This document shows, in pieces, positions 25,190 to 38,284 of a DNA stretch of 64,000 nucleotides (the first letter of the stretch is position 1; every line of letters begins with the position of its first letter). The stretch is from Octopus sinensis (taxonomy: Eukaryota): assembly GCF_006345805.1 (NCBI RefSeq), contig NC_043014.1:27652001-27716000 (forward strand). The letters are read 5' to 3'. The translations under genes and the position numbers were made by a program. The notes beneath the pieces were generated by a model that had not been told where the DNA came from, made no database searches, and was given only the letters and a program-made list of their open reading frames with translations.

Positions 25190-28100
25190 ATATCATCATC
25201 ATCATTATTTAATGTCTGTTGTTTATGCTGGCATGGGTTGGACAGTTTGACCAGGTTGGCACACTGGAAGGCTACACCAGACTCCAGTCTGATTTCGCAT
25301 GATTTTCTATGGCTGTATGCCCTTCCTAATGCCATCCACTCCAAGAGTGTAATGGTGCTTTTATGTTCCACTGGCGTGGGTGTCATATACATGACAGTGG
25401 GGTGCTTTTATGTACCACCAGCACAGGTGCCACTTTGCATATCACCAGTATCTGCCACAACTGTGATTTTGCTTGGCTTGATGGGTCTTCTTCTCAATGC
25501 CAAAGGTCTTGGTCATTGCCTCCGTGAGGCCTAATACTTGAAAGGAACTCAGCCACTTTGCCTATGTGTAGCCTAATGCTGGAAGGTGTTTTTGCATGCC
25601 ACCAGCTCAGATGCACTTAGCTTGATGGGTCTTCTCAAGTACAACACCTCGCCAAAGGTCTTGGTCACTAGTCATTGCCTCTGTGAAGCGCAAAGTTTGA
25701 AGATCATGCTTCACCATGTCTTCTTGAGTTTACGTCTACCACAGGTTCCTTCCACAGTTAGAGAGTGGAACTTCTTTACACAACTGTCCTCATCCATATG
25801 CATCACATAAGACCATACCAGCACAGCTGTCTCTTATGCCTAACTTTTCTCTCAAGATGCTTACATTCTGATGTACATGCACACTGACATTGCACATCCA
25901 GCAAAGCATATCGGCTTCATTTCTTTCAAGCCTACGCATGCCCTCAACTGTCACAGCCCATGTTCCACTGCCATGCAGCATAGCTGTTCGTACACAGGCA
26001 TCAAACAATCTGACTTACACTCTAAGAGTGCTTTTTGTGGCCAGCTGGGGTAGGAGCTTTCTGAACTTTGCCCAACCTAATCTTATTTTCACAGATACGC
26101 ATTCAGAGCATCCGCCTCCGCAACTTACTTGGTCACCTAGATAATGGAAGCTATCTGCTACTTCTAGCTTCTCCCCCCCCCCCCCGCCACCCTGCCATTT
26201 GATGGAGTCTATTTTCTGTACATTTTCAGTGTTTATTGCACCTGTGTATCTTCCACATGCAAAAGCTATTTTCCCTGTTAACCTTTCTCTGATATTGCTG
26301 CACCTTTTATGTGCACAAAGCCCACACTAGGTGCATCTTATGGAATTTCTACCTACACCTTTTCTACAGATTGAGCAGAGCCATCTACTTGAAGGGATTT
26401 GTGATTTGTCTGCCTTCTTACTTATTATGACTTTGGTTTTTGCTAGGTTAACTCTAAGGCCCTTTGATTCTAGACCTTGCTTCCATACCTGAAGCATCTC
26501 TGGTTCAGGTAGTGATTCAGCAATAAGAGCAAGGTCATCAGTATACAGGAGCTCCTAAGGGCAGCCGGTCTTGAGTTCCTTTGTTATTACCTGGAGATCT
26601 ATAATGAACAAAAGGGGGCTGAACACCAATTCTTGGTGAACTCCTACTTGTACCCAGAATTTTTTACTATACTCGTTGCCAACCCTCACCTTACTAGTAG
26701 CATCCCTGTACATAGCTTGTATAGCTCACACCAATCATTCGTCTATCCCTAGTTTCCACATTGACCACCAGATAACGGATTGGGGGACCCTGTCAAATGC
26801 TTTCTCCAAATCAACAAAGGCCATGTACAGAGGTTTGTCTTTGGCTATGTATTTCTCCTGCAGCTGCCTTACCAGAAATGTAGCATCAGTGGTGCTTCTC
26901 CCTGGCACAAAATCAAACTGCTTCTCATCTAAGCTAACTCTCTCCCTAATTAGTTGGGTTATGACCCTCTCCGTGACTTTCATAACCTGATACAGCAATT
27001 TGATACCTCTGTAATTATTTCAATCTAATGCATCACCTTTACCTTTGTAGCAGTTGACTATGGCATTCTACACCAGTCATTGGGTATGACTCATTTGTGA
27101 ACCACCTGATTTACAATATGGGTGACTAGAACATAACCCACACTACCAGGTATTTTAAGTATCTCAGCAGTGATTCCTGATGGGCTGGGGGGCTTTTCCT
27201 GTCTTCATATCCTTAATTGTTTTATCTACCAAGGAACTGTTGATTCGGGTAGCCGGTCCTTCAATTGGGTCAACATAAACAGACTTTCCTCCTCCTACTC
27301 ATTCTCTACATTCAGCAGTCTTTTATAATGGCATTTCCAAGCCTCTTTCTTTGCAGAATCATTACATGCAAGTGCACCATCATCTGTATGGACACATTTC
27401 TCTGCTATGACATCATGATTTTCTCTCACACACTATCTTGCAATCTGAAACACTTCAGTTCTTTGGTCCTCACATTGCTGAATATAGGCAAACTTCTTTT
27501 CTGCTTCTCCCTTGGCGAGATAGAGGTGTCTCCTAGCATCCCTTCTGGCAATCTGATACAGTTCCCTGCTATTCCCATTCTTCCAGGCCTGTTTCTTAGC
27601 TCTAATGTCCCTGTCTACTGCATCATTCCATCACCATGTTACCCTAAGTCTGGTTGGGACTTTGCACCAGCCATATATTTGATCTGTGGCACTCAGCAAG
27701 CTGTCCCTCAGGAATTCCCAGTTACCCTCTGTGTCTCTAGCTCCTCCTCTTTCATTGAATTTCTCAATTAGAATGTACCTAAATCTCTGACCATATGAAG
27801 GGTCCTTAATCTTCCAAATCCTTCTTTTCCGGATTGGTTTACTTCTTGGCATCCTTCTGGCTTGGAGTCTAAAGTCAGTAATGACTAGTCTTTGCTGGGG
27901 AGTACATTCTTCACCAGGAAGTGTGTTGCATTTAGGAGCAACCATGCATCCTGCTGTCTGGTGGGAATATAATTGATCTGGCTAGCACAGGCACCTGATT
28001 TATAGGTTATCTGGTGGCTGGCTGGCTTCCTAAAGTTCATGTTGCAGATCAAAGGGATAATTGTATAACAGAACTCTAGTAGCCTTGTGCCCTCTTCATT

Positions 28101-28610
28101 TCAGGAGCCAAATCTTTGGCCTCCATGCACACCATAGAAAACATACTCATTGAAATCCCTAACCACGAAGACGAGGTTATTGTCACTTGTCTTTGAGGTA
28201 ACCTGCAGAAGAATATTATAATAGTGTTCCTTCAATTCATTTGGTAGGCAGAGATAATTGTCACTATACTGTTCTGTAAGACTAGCCTAAGCTTAAGCAC
28301 TCTATTGCCCAATCTGACTACCTCTATAACTTTATCTTCCCATTTCTCTGCAAGAAGTATGCCCATGACACCTCCCCTGTCACTGTTACCATCCCAGAAG
28401 ATTTTATACCTATGTGTCTTGCCTGTGAGGAACCTGACTGAAGCTCCTCTCCACCTACCTCTTGAATTTAACCTACATCTTCACGCCTCCGTTCAAGCAT
28501 CTCAACAATCTTGTTAGGCCTACCTTTCAATGTGCCTACATTGATAGTGCCAACTCTGAAAACTGGGAAAGAGACGGGGGAGGTGTGATATCATTCAGTA
28601 CCTGAAAAAA
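25190..28610 (-). mobile_element. Near full-length decayed RTE LINE
   Basis: Endonuclease remnants (~27950-28600; CNTLPGEECTPQQRLVITDF), RT (FVPGRSTTDATFLVRQLQEK...AFVDLEKAFDRVP), C-terminus (TAMLHGSGTWAVT) and (GAT)n tail at 25190. Many stops and frameshifts. Confidence 0.9.
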
Positions 28611-28761
28611 AGGTTTCCATGATTGATATATAAATAAATAAATGTATATATGTGTGTGTGTGTATGTATATGTTAATGCAATTGGAACAATTGTTGGATT
28701 TTTAAGATATGACTTTCTTTGTACATATTATTTGTTATATATATTTATGTAAATATGTATG

Positions 28762-28802
<41 letters not shown>

Positions 28803-28914
28803 GGCATACAATGAATGTGCCAAGACATGAATGCTAAAATCTTGAGGAGAATAAGAGCAAGATGGGAAGTGTTTACCTCAGTAAAGAATGTGTACAATGC
28901 AAAACTGGACAAGA

Positions 28915-30497
28915 CTTTTTGGGGATGAAAAATTGAATATGTTTATTGACTACCTTCAAAAAGGCCACACCATTAACCCTTTCGTTACTATATTTCTGAC
29001 CAAATTACACCCCTTATGTGTTTCAATTAATTTCTAACGTAATCATAAATTTAGTCTGGTTTCATTAAACAACTATAACTTTTTTATTTATCGATATATT
29101 AATCTGATTTTTGGAAGATAATTTAATGAAATGTTCTCAACCAATTCTATACTATAATTTTTGTCACAAAGTGACTCTAATTGCAGGTAGATACAGGTAA
29201 ATTCCACAAAATATAAAATTATTAAAATTTTGTTCAAACATCGCTATAGAAAATGGGTTATTAGCTAATATTCAATTGGGTATACAACAAAATTTTACGA
29301 TAGAATTTGTTATTCTGGGTAACTTTCTGATACCCATAATAATATTTATGGCAAAATAGTCTTAATTTCATTTAAGGTTGTGGGAAACCACAAACTATCC
29401 TTTCTTTCGCTTTGTTTACGTTTAGCGTAACGGTTTGTTTCTGCCGTAATGATTTCAAATAGGCTCATTCGAAAAAGTAAATAGAAATAGTCTAAGGCTT
29501 TACCCTTCTGGGAAAGTCTGTGGCTTGGTCCAGTTTCTTCAGAAAAATCACCGAAAGAAACAGTTTTTAAATTTTCACTCCATTCAGGTGCCAATTCGTT
29601 TTCTTTATCGCTATCGGAGATCTCAGATTCACTGTTTTCACTTTCGGAAAATGAAACATCAGATTCATTATCAAATACCACATGCTTTTTTTTTTCAGTC
29701 ATAGAGTTAGATTTATGAAGGTCTTCAGTAGAAAATCCTTCGAATTCTGACTCACTGCTTGATATAATGAAATTCGTATCCATTTTTTGTCAGAATTACA
29801 AATTTTGAAAACACAATAGGAACAAATTTCGGAAAAAAATCTCCCAAAATTCACGGAATTAAAATTACACTTCGATTATTGTACAAAACTGTAGTTGAAC
29901 TGTTTACGAAGTATAATACGTGTTTTCACGAATGTACTGAAGAGATTTGCTCTGATATTCTCATTTAAATATGAATAGGTAAATTCGGGCGGCTTTGGGC
30001 GGTTTGGTCTCATAAACCAAAATTTTTTTCGGGCAGCTTTGGGCGGTTTGGTAACGAAAGGGTTAATGGAGAGTATTATGCCAACTTGCTGAGGCAGTTA
30101 TAAAAGGCTATCAAGACCAGATGCTCAGGAAAACTGACAAAAGGGGTCTTGTTTCATCAGGATAATGCTCCAGCACACAAGTTTCAATGGCAACTGTGCA
30201 TGACTTGCTTTAAACTGGTTGATCATTCTCCTTATTCTCCTGATTTGACCCCATTTGACTATCACATGAAAAGCCACTTGGCTGGGAATCAGTATTACAG
30301 TGATGATGACATCATATCTGCTGTTGACTTTTTTGACCAACAGGATGAAAGCTTCACCAATGGGATTCAAGCACTGCAACACAGGTGGAAGGGGTGTGTG
30401 GACCACAAGGCAAACTATGTTGAAACATCAACCTCGTTTAGTCATATTCCATGAGAGTATTTTGGTCAACCTATGAAATTTTTAACCAGCCCTCATA
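28915..30497 (+). mobile_element. Mariner 3' half interrupted by a piggyBac insertion
   Basis: Removing 28977-30066 restores FIDYLQKGHTINGEYYANLLRQL. This is followed by FHQDNAPAH, HSPYSPDLTPFDY and GIQALQHRWKGCV, and a TIR-like end at ~30480-30497. Confidence 0.88.
28977..30062 (-). mobile_element. Non-autonomous piggyBac (1086 bp) retaining the transposase N-terminus
   Basis: TTAA at 28973-28976 and 30063-30066; TIRs CCCTTTCGTTAC / GTAACGAAAGGG; subterminal repeat GGGC(G/A)GCTTTGGGCGGTTTGGT twice. ORF 29346-29783 has an acidic N-terminus and YFYLLF...EIITAETNRYA...WFPTTLNEIK (piggyBac DDE_Tnp_1_7 start). Confidence 0.93.
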
Positions 30498-31139
30498 TAT
30501 GTGTGTGTGTGTGTGTGTGTGTATGTTTATGTCTCCTTGTCTTGATATTGCATGATAGCTATAAATGATTGTCACTGTCATACAAGCTGTGCCATTCCTC
30601 ATATACTTTGAGAACATGTCTGACCATGGGGGAAATATTACCTTGCTTGGAAGCCATGAGGGTTGGCAACAGGTAGGGCATTTGACCATAGAAAATTTGC
30701 CTCAATAAACTCTGTCTAACCCATGGGAAAGTGGACATTAAATGATGATGATGACATATATTTATATATCGAAATGAACAAATGATATAAAGTAGCCCTC
30801 AACACATTTGGTAGGAGTTATGTGTATTTTTAATAACAGTTTGACTCATTTCCACTTGACTTAAAGTTTCATCAGTGTCTAGGACATGTCCATTAGCAGA
30901 TGCCAAGAGCAAAGTGAGAAGTTTGAGAAAAATTCAAGATGGCTTGTAGCTGTTTGATATCTACTAGTCAGCTCATGTCATGTTGTATTAATGCTTTTAA
31001 AGTAATCCCAGCTATTTTCTTTATTTTTAGTCCCTCATGTTTTGACAGGATGTTGGCAGGCTGCAGCATAGTGTTTTCAACAACATCAGTTCTTTTTATT
31101 GGGTTCTATTGGAAGGGTGGGATGTTGGTATGAATCAAT

Positions 31140-31400
31140 CACTCGGTGATGGTTCAGTGGAGTATGAACACATTGTTCTTGTGCATTACAGTTCTGATAG
31201 TCCACTCTGATGTCTGAAGTTCTTTTGCAATGTCCCTCATTGATTTTCTAGGATCATAATTGATAGTGTTTTGAACCCACTGGATAATTTGCTGCATCGT
31301 TACAGTTTTAAACTTTTAGAATGTTTTTTTCACTATGATACAGTTGAAACATTTCTGACTGGAGTTTCCAATTTCATCTGAATTTTATGCATAAAAGAAC
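31140..31400 (-). mobile_element. maT-like transposase N-terminal fragment
   Basis: NVASSFMHKIQMKLETPVRNVSTVS...DPRKSMRDIAKELQTSE parallels the N-terminus at 35242-35574. Confidence 0.75.
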
Positions 31401-31525
31401 TTGCAACATTTAGAAAGTAGCAATATCTAGCGACTAGCATCTGATGAAATGGACATGTCCTATCTATGCATCCACAAAACTTTATGTCATGTGAAGCTGA
31501 GGCAAACTTATTAAAAGTGTGTGTA

Positions 31526-33999
31526 TTAGGTTGTTCAGAAAGTTCTGCACGTTTTTTAATATGGAGAAAGGATGTAAATAATTGACCTTTCAATAAATTT
31601 CATTCAATGAAATAATTTCCATTATTATGAATGTCCTTTGTCCAGCTATCAGACAATTTAAATATTCCATCAGCATAAAATTTTACTGGTTTTGAAGAAA
31701 AAAAGTTATCTAGATGCATTTTGACTCCATCTAAATCTTTAAGTGTTTTTCCTTGCAATGAATTCTGTAGAGACAAAAACAAGTGATAGTTGGATGGTGC
31801 AATATCAAAAGATCCCAGCCAAGTTCATGTAACTTTGTTCAGGTAAACAAAGACACATGGCTGGGCATTGTCTTGTTAGAACACTACTCCTTTCCTGTTG
31901 GCAATCCCTGGCCTCAATTCTTTGCTTGTTTTGGCTCAACTGTCTGGTTTTGTGGGAGAAGTTCATAATAAATAATGCCTTTATGATCCCACCAAGCACA
32001 AAGTATAGCTTTTTTGGTATGGATATTCGTCTTTGGTTACTGTTTTTGGGGGAGGGGTCCTTATGATCTTTTGTGCACTGTTTTCCTACACAATCCATTT
32101 TTCATCTCCAGTTACAAGTTGTTTAAAAAAAAGTATGCTCTCATTCTGTTTCAAAAGCATATCACGAATGGAATACCAGTCCAAGCAATTTTTTTCTGAG
32201 AGTTTGTAAGGGACTCATACATTATAGTGAGAAATGTATCCTAGTTTCACTAGGTGTTCATGAGCCATACTTTTAGAAACTTCCAATTCCTCTGTAAGTT
32301 CTCGAGACATGGTAGAGTTTTCTTCAGTTTTTGCCATCAAAACATCTTTATCCGATTTTGAAGGTTTTCCACTGCGACTGTCATCTTCCAAGCTAAACTC
32401 TTCCGCTTCAAATTTTTCAAATCACCTTCAAACAGTTGATTCACCTACAGCATCATCACCATAAACTTCACAAATGTTTTTGCAAGTCTTTGCAGTATTT
32501 TCTCCTTTTTTAAAAAAGAAAAGCATTACAATGCAAATATGAACTTTTTGGTTATACATTTCAAATATCAATAAAGGGTAGCCGGAATGAAAGATAAATC
32601 CATTGGGTCATCTCATAAATCATATGGTTTTTCCAATTGCATGAACTAAAAGTCGGAGGGGGATGGGATAAACTACCTTCATCAACTTGCTATAAAAGCA
32701 GGTAGTAGTTTTACCATGACATTATTCTTAGTGCATGTTTTGAAGAGCGCAGTTTGATTTTAACAGTTATTTTTTCAAAGCTATTACAGAAGTGACAAAG
32801 GAGCATATTCGGCTTATTTTGCTTTATGAGTTCAATAAAGGCAACAATGCAATGGAAAGTGTGAGGAATATTAATGCAGTATATGGCGATTGGACAATAG
32901 GCATAAGCAAGTGTTAACAATGGTTCCAGAAATTCCATGCTGGAAACTACAACCTAGAAGACAAGCTTTGTCCTGGAAGATCTGTAGAGCTCGACAAGGA
33001 TGTCCTGCAAACCTTGGTGGAACAAAAATCCCAATGTAACTGTTGAGGAACTAGCAGAGAAGCTTGGATTTGGTCATTCAACCATTCATCCACGCCTGCA
33101 TGTCATCAGGAAAGTCAGAAAATTGGGTCAATGGGTTCTTCACAAACTTTCCGAGTCTAATTGCATGCAGAGAGTGAATGTGTGCTCTTCTTTACTGTCA
33201 CGTCTCACAAATGAACCTTTTTTGGACTGAGTAGTGACTAGTGACAAGAAATGGATTCTCTATAAAAATGTCAAGTGCTGAAGAGAGTGGGTAGGGAAAG
33301 GAGAAACGCCAACAAATTAGGCTAAAGAAGATCTTCGCTCACGTAAAGTGTTGTTATCTGTTTGGTGGGATATGAAAAGTTTAGTCCACTTTGAACTTTT
33401 AAACCCAAACCAAATGATAACAAAGGAGATCTGCTCAAGCAGCTTGAGTGGCTTAAGTCAGCACTAGAAGAAAAATGACCATCTTTGGTTTTAAGACAAA
33501 AGGTGTTCTTCCATCAGGATAATGCTTGGCCATTTGAAAGGATGGAAACTGATGTGCTGCCCATCATATTCGCCAGCCATTACCCCATCTGATTATCATT
33601 TATTTCGCAGTCTTCAAAATCATTTGGATAGCAAAAATACGAATTCTGTAGATGAGGTCAGAACAGTGCTGGAGGAGTGTTTTACATCACGGACAAATGA
33701 ATTTCCAAAGAGGGGCCTTGCAAGTCTACCAGATAGATGGTAGAGCACTGTAGAAAATGAAGAAGAGTATATTTTAAATTAATAAAGAACTTTGTTTATC
33801 TTAATTTTGAAAAATAAAAGAAGTATAAAAAAACCGCATTATTTATGGGATGACCTAATATTTTTAGTCAGGAACAAAGAAGGGATGCACTACCACTTCA
33901 AGCAATGCCAAAATTTTAACTGTGTTACATTTCCAGTGTATTTAATGAAGCGTGAAAGGATTTTGCATAACAACGCTCAGAACTTTCTAGACAACCTAA
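31526..33999 (-). mobile_element. Mariner (outer), host of a second mariner
   Basis: TIRs TTAGGTTGTTCAGAAAGTTC (31526) and GAACTTTCTAGACAACCTAA (ends 33999), both flanked by TA. Frames include KGENTAKTCKNICEVYGDDAV and LSLQNSLQGK...NNGNYFIE. About 1.2 kb after removing the insert. Confidence 0.88.
32603..33858 (+). mobile_element. Mariner (inner), opposite orientation
   Basis: TIRs TTGGGTCATCTCATAAAT and ATTTATGGGATGACCTAA; frames LGQWVLHKL, PFLD*VVTSDKKW and YSPAITPSDYHLFRSLQNHL. Confidence 0.9.
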
Positions 34000-34014
34000 T
34001 ATATATATATATAT

Positions 34015-34425
34015 ATATATAGGACATGGCTTTGTGATAAGATGTTTGCTTCCCAACCACATGATTTTTGGTTCTGTCCCACTGTGTTGCACCTTGCTCA
34101 AGTATCTTCTAGCCAAAGCTTTGAGAATGGGTTTGGTAAACTTGAAAATAGCTCATCATATTTGTGTATATATGTATATTACATGTGTGTGTACAGGTGT
34201 ATGTATGTAGGTGTGTTTGTCATACTGTCTCTGTCCCTTGATATTGTATGATAGTTGTAAGTGGGTGTCACCATCATGCAAATAATGTCTTTCGTCTACA
34301 AATTTCTATATCATGTCTGGTCTTGGGGAAATATTAACTTACTTGGCATCTGGCCAAGAAAATCCTCTTCAACAAACTCCATCTCACCCATGTAAATATA
34401 GACATTAAAATGATAAAGATGATAT
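34015..34425 (+). mobile_element. Decayed tRNA-derived SINE
   Basis: GGACATGGCTTTGTGATAAGATGTTTGCTTCCCAACCACATG...GGTTCTGTCCCACTG head; tail GACATTAAAATGATAAAGATG. Confidence 0.65.
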
Positions 34426-34463
34426 ATATATATATATCATCTTTATCATTTTAATGTCTATAT
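34396..34463. repeat. Perfect 68-bp palindrome centred on (TA)8
   Basis: ATATAGACATTAAAATGATAAAGATG-(AT)8-CATCTTTATCATTTTAATGTCTATAT. Confidence 0.95.
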
Positions 34464-34491
34464 ATATATATATATATATATTACACACATA

Positions 34492-35660
34492 TACACCGAA
34501 TGTATTTTAATAATGAGGACTAATAAGCTCTCTTATAAGATTATTTAATGAATCTGCAATCGGCTTTGATCACTGCTTCAATGCAAGATTAGAATCTTTG
34601 ACATGCTTGCACTAACTGGTCCATATTCATTTCAGATATCACTTGAACAATGATAGCCTTTAGTGAAGCTATAGTATTGTGAGGATGTTGATTAGTCTCC
34701 TTTTCAAGAACGCTCCAAACGTAATAGTCTGTGAGATTTAAATCTGGCAAGTTCAGAGGCCACAAATTTGATGTGACATTGTCCGACACTCATTCTTGGG
34801 TTATATGGATGTTGTAAGAAGATGCTGAGTCTTGTTGAAGCATTGCATACTTCATCCATTGAGGGCTTAGCAACTATCTCCAGCACTTCAATGTATCCAG
34901 CAGTATAAATTCTAAGACCCTGTGGAGAGATGTGAGGTGGCGTAACATGGCCTTTTGCTACTCACTATTCCTAAAACCATCATAGCTGCTGGAAACCTAT
35001 GATATATCACTCTGGGGACATCTGATGGATCTGCACATAAAATCTGTAATTTCTCCTGTCAGACTTTTGGTCTTGGTTAAAGTTTTTCTCATGAGAAAAG
35101 AATCAAAGCCTGCCATGTTCGTGAGGATTTTTAACCTTGTTAAGTAACCACTTGACACTGATCAAGCAGCTTTCCTGTGTCTTCGCAGACATGAGCTAGC
35201 CTCTCCTCGAACATATCACTTGTATCAAATGTTCTCATGTACTATTTCTGGAAGGCTATTCTGACAGCTGGAGTTCTTTCGTGATGTCCCCCTCCCCTTG
35301 ATTTTCTGGGATCATCATTTTTAATATTTTGAACCTGTTGGATGATTTGCAGTGTCCTTAGAATGTCCAAATATTTAGAATGTTTTTTCTCTTTGATTCT
35401 GTTTGATACAGTTGACATATTCCTACCAGAGGCTTCCAATTCCATTTGAATTTTATGCACAAAAGATCTTGCAACATTTAGAATGTTGACGGTTTCTAAA
35501 TCACTGAGTTCTGCACATATGGTAACAATGACTGCATGTCTTTTCATTTTTTGTGTCAGCATTTTGTTTTTCAAAGGAGATCTGAAATAAATAAAAACCT
35601 TTTAATTGGTTCAAAAGAGTAATTTAATGAAAATAGTCCTCAAATACCTTTGCACCCTGT
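34492..35660 (-). mobile_element. Decayed maT-like (DD37D) transposon
   Basis: 5' end TACAGGGTGCAAAGG. N-terminus MLTQKMKRHAVIVTICAELS... (35242-35574); C-terminus NLWPLNLPDLNLTDYYVWSVLEKETNQHPH (34589-34789). Confidence 0.85.
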
Positions 35661-36419
35661 ACACAAACACACACACACACACACACAATGATTGTCCCAC
35701 CATATATAGTATAGTAGAAGACATTTAACCAAGGTACCATTTATAGCCATTTTTTATAGTCTATTAAAATTATATTGAAATGGTGTCATATCTCTAAATC
35801 TCAGGATTTATTTAATCTTATGCCTTCTATAAATGTACCAAAACTCAAGGCCCATTGGCTTACACTTGGATTTAGCTAGGTTTGAAAACACCACAAAATT
35901 GACTGTTTGTTACATGTAACAAAATTGACTTTACATAAATATTTTTTTAAATTGTTAAAAATATGTTTTCTTTCCAAGAACCTGAAAAAAAAATATATAT
36001 ATAGGCCACTACTATGCCATTGTCACTGTTCATTTGTGCACTTTAAGATGATTGTCACCTCAATTTCAAAGATATATAATCACAAATATGGCTAATTATT
36101 CATTTAGGCAAATCAGGCAAGGTTTTGACCAATTCACTGACCATTCAAATTGTTATATTTCCTAAAATGTTTATCCTAATTTTATAAATGAAGTATCAAA
36201 ATGTTTCTTTTTGGATGCCCTCCAAGAAAAAGTACAGTGGCAGTTAGATTTAAATATTTTCAAAAATTCAGTGATACCTAATCTCAGTTCTAATGTCTGA
36301 TGATCCAATGGCCATTTCTATGGCTGGTCCCTTCTATGTCTCTTTCCTTACAAAATCATTATGTGCAAGTGTACCATTATCCATCTGTACACACTTCTCT
36401 CCTACAGCATCCTTTTATT

Positions 36420-36640
36420 GTTTTACTTGTTTCATTCATATGACTGCAGCCATGCTGGAGCACTGCCTTAAAGGGATTTAGTCAAAGAAATTGACCCCAG
36501 GACTTATTCTTTGTAAGCCTAGTACTGATTCTATTGGTCTCTTTTGTTGAACTGGTGTTACAGGGACATAAACACATCAACATTAGTTGTCAGGTAATGG
36601 TGGGGGACAGACACAAAGACATGTACACACACAAACAAAT
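36420..36640 (-). mobile_element. SINE 3' portion
   Basis: TGACTGCAGCCATGCTGGAGCACTGCC...GACCCCAGGACTTATTCTTTGTAAGCCTAGTAC is the reverse complement of 42180-42340. Confidence 0.8.
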
Positions 36641-36658
36641 ATATAATATATATATGTG

Positions 36659-36714
<56 letters not shown>

Positions 36715-36718
<4 letters not shown>

Positions 36719-36930
36719 ACTTTCAGTCTGGCTGGAATATTCCACCAGCCACAGATTTGATCAGTAACCCTCAGTAGATTTACCCATAGGAACTTCCAGT
36801 TATCCTCCATGTTAAACATTTGTACTGCCTCTTCCTTGTCAAATGCTTCATCTAGAAACTCTCTAAACCTCTGACTGTTCAATGGCTCTTTAAGCTTCCA
36901 CATCTTCATTTCTCAGACTGGTTTGTCTCT
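36715..36930 (-). mobile_element. RTE LINE fragment
   Basis: KMWKLKEPLNSQRFREFL...NWKFLWVNLLRVTDQICGW, homologous to 27631-27945 and 41531-41900. Confidence 0.75.
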
Positions 36931-36959
36931 GAGTCTCAGTTCTAAGTCTTAAGTCATTA

Positions 36960-37750
36960 ACCACTAACTTATGTTTGGTTATACAGTTTCCATTAGGAAA
37001 AGTCTTTACATTTACAACTATCTGCCTACCTTGTTCTCTCATCAGAGTGATAGATGATCAGGTGACTGGCTAATTATCTGAAGTTAGTGTTTCAGGTCAT
37101 TGGGTCATTTAAATCACAGAACTTCAAGACCCTTGTAAACTCCTCATTTCTATTTGGGATTGTAGGAGGAATTGCATAGTAGGACTTTCAATTCTGATAT
37201 ATTTCTTTGTTTTGTTTGTCTTAGTTCCTGGATATTGAATTTCTTGGTTCATTATATTCCATCATCAATTAAGAATGGCAGATAATTCTTGTCAAGGAGT
37301 GTATCCTTCAGTTCTTGAAGTCTTATGTCATGAATGTTTGTTGCACATACCATTGTATCAATTCTTTTAGGTAGGTAATAAAGGACATTTATTCTGGTGT
37401 GTCTTGGATAGCATGAATTGAATGGGTGTTGACTGCATATTTCTGCATGAGATTGAACCCAAGGTCTCATTGTTGCACTTCTTAACTACTCAATCCAATT
37501 TTTTTGCATCACTCAATGTCATTTACAAACATTTCTGCATAGTAAGCCCATTACTATAGGACCAATGGGGAATAGGGTGGTTGAGGCACAATAACAGTAT
37601 TTCAAAGTGAGAAATTTTTCTTGATTGATTTTTGAAATATGCATTCGGATATTATGATGCAAAGCAAGACTAGTGCAGACCCCAAACAAGCCAACTTTTA
37701 TCCAACAAAGGGCTTTACTTGAAGCATCATTAGTTTTGATTTACCACAGC
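36960..37750 (-). mobile_element. Penelope-like element RT relic
   Basis: PFNSCYPRHTRINVLYYLPKRIDTMV...IRLQELKDTLLDKNY resembles the PLE RT C-terminal/thumb region. Confidence 0.75.
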
Positions 37751-37756
37751 TTTTAA

Positions 37757-37977
37757 CCTTTTAGCATGCAAACTGGCCATATCCGGCCCAAATATTCTAC
37801 TTGTTTTATGTTTAAACTGGCCATATCAGACCTCTCACATTTAGCTTGCAATGTAATTTCAAAAAATAAACAATCTCATCATCAAGATCTCAAAGCTACA
37901 ACACAATGCCTGATAAATTCAAAACAATGTGGATAAATGAGCATTACATTTAACAGAGTAATTTTAATGCTAAAGGT
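37757..37977. mobile_element. piggyBac-type MITE (~221 bp)
   Basis: TTAA-CCTTTTAGCAT ... ATGCTAAAGGT-TTAA. Confidence 0.8.
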
Positions 37978-38128
37978 TTAAATAGATCCAAATTTCAAAA
38001 CTTTACCAATGATTTTTGCCAATACAGTACCCACCATTTTTTTAACTCTGGATTATATTTAATGTATTTCACATAAGTTATTGAGTTACTTTTCATGACT
38101 GCGCTTCCTTTCCACTGATTTTAATGTG

Positions 38129-38176
<48 letters not shown>

Positions 38177-38284
38177 CTATCTCTGTCTATCTATATCTAT
38201 CTAGCTATCCATCCATCCATCCATCCATGCATGCATCCCTCCATCCGTACGCATGCACACACACACACACATACATACAGGTTT

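Noticed and set aside
35906-35923. 18-bp palindrome TTTGTTACATGTAACAAA
   Set aside because: Short and AT-rich, with no supporting context. It is plausible by chance.
36980-37050. Second hammerhead (CTGATGAG...GAAACTGTA, minus strand) next to the Penelope RT relic
   Set aside because: No convincing stem II or stem III. At best it is a decayed remnant.
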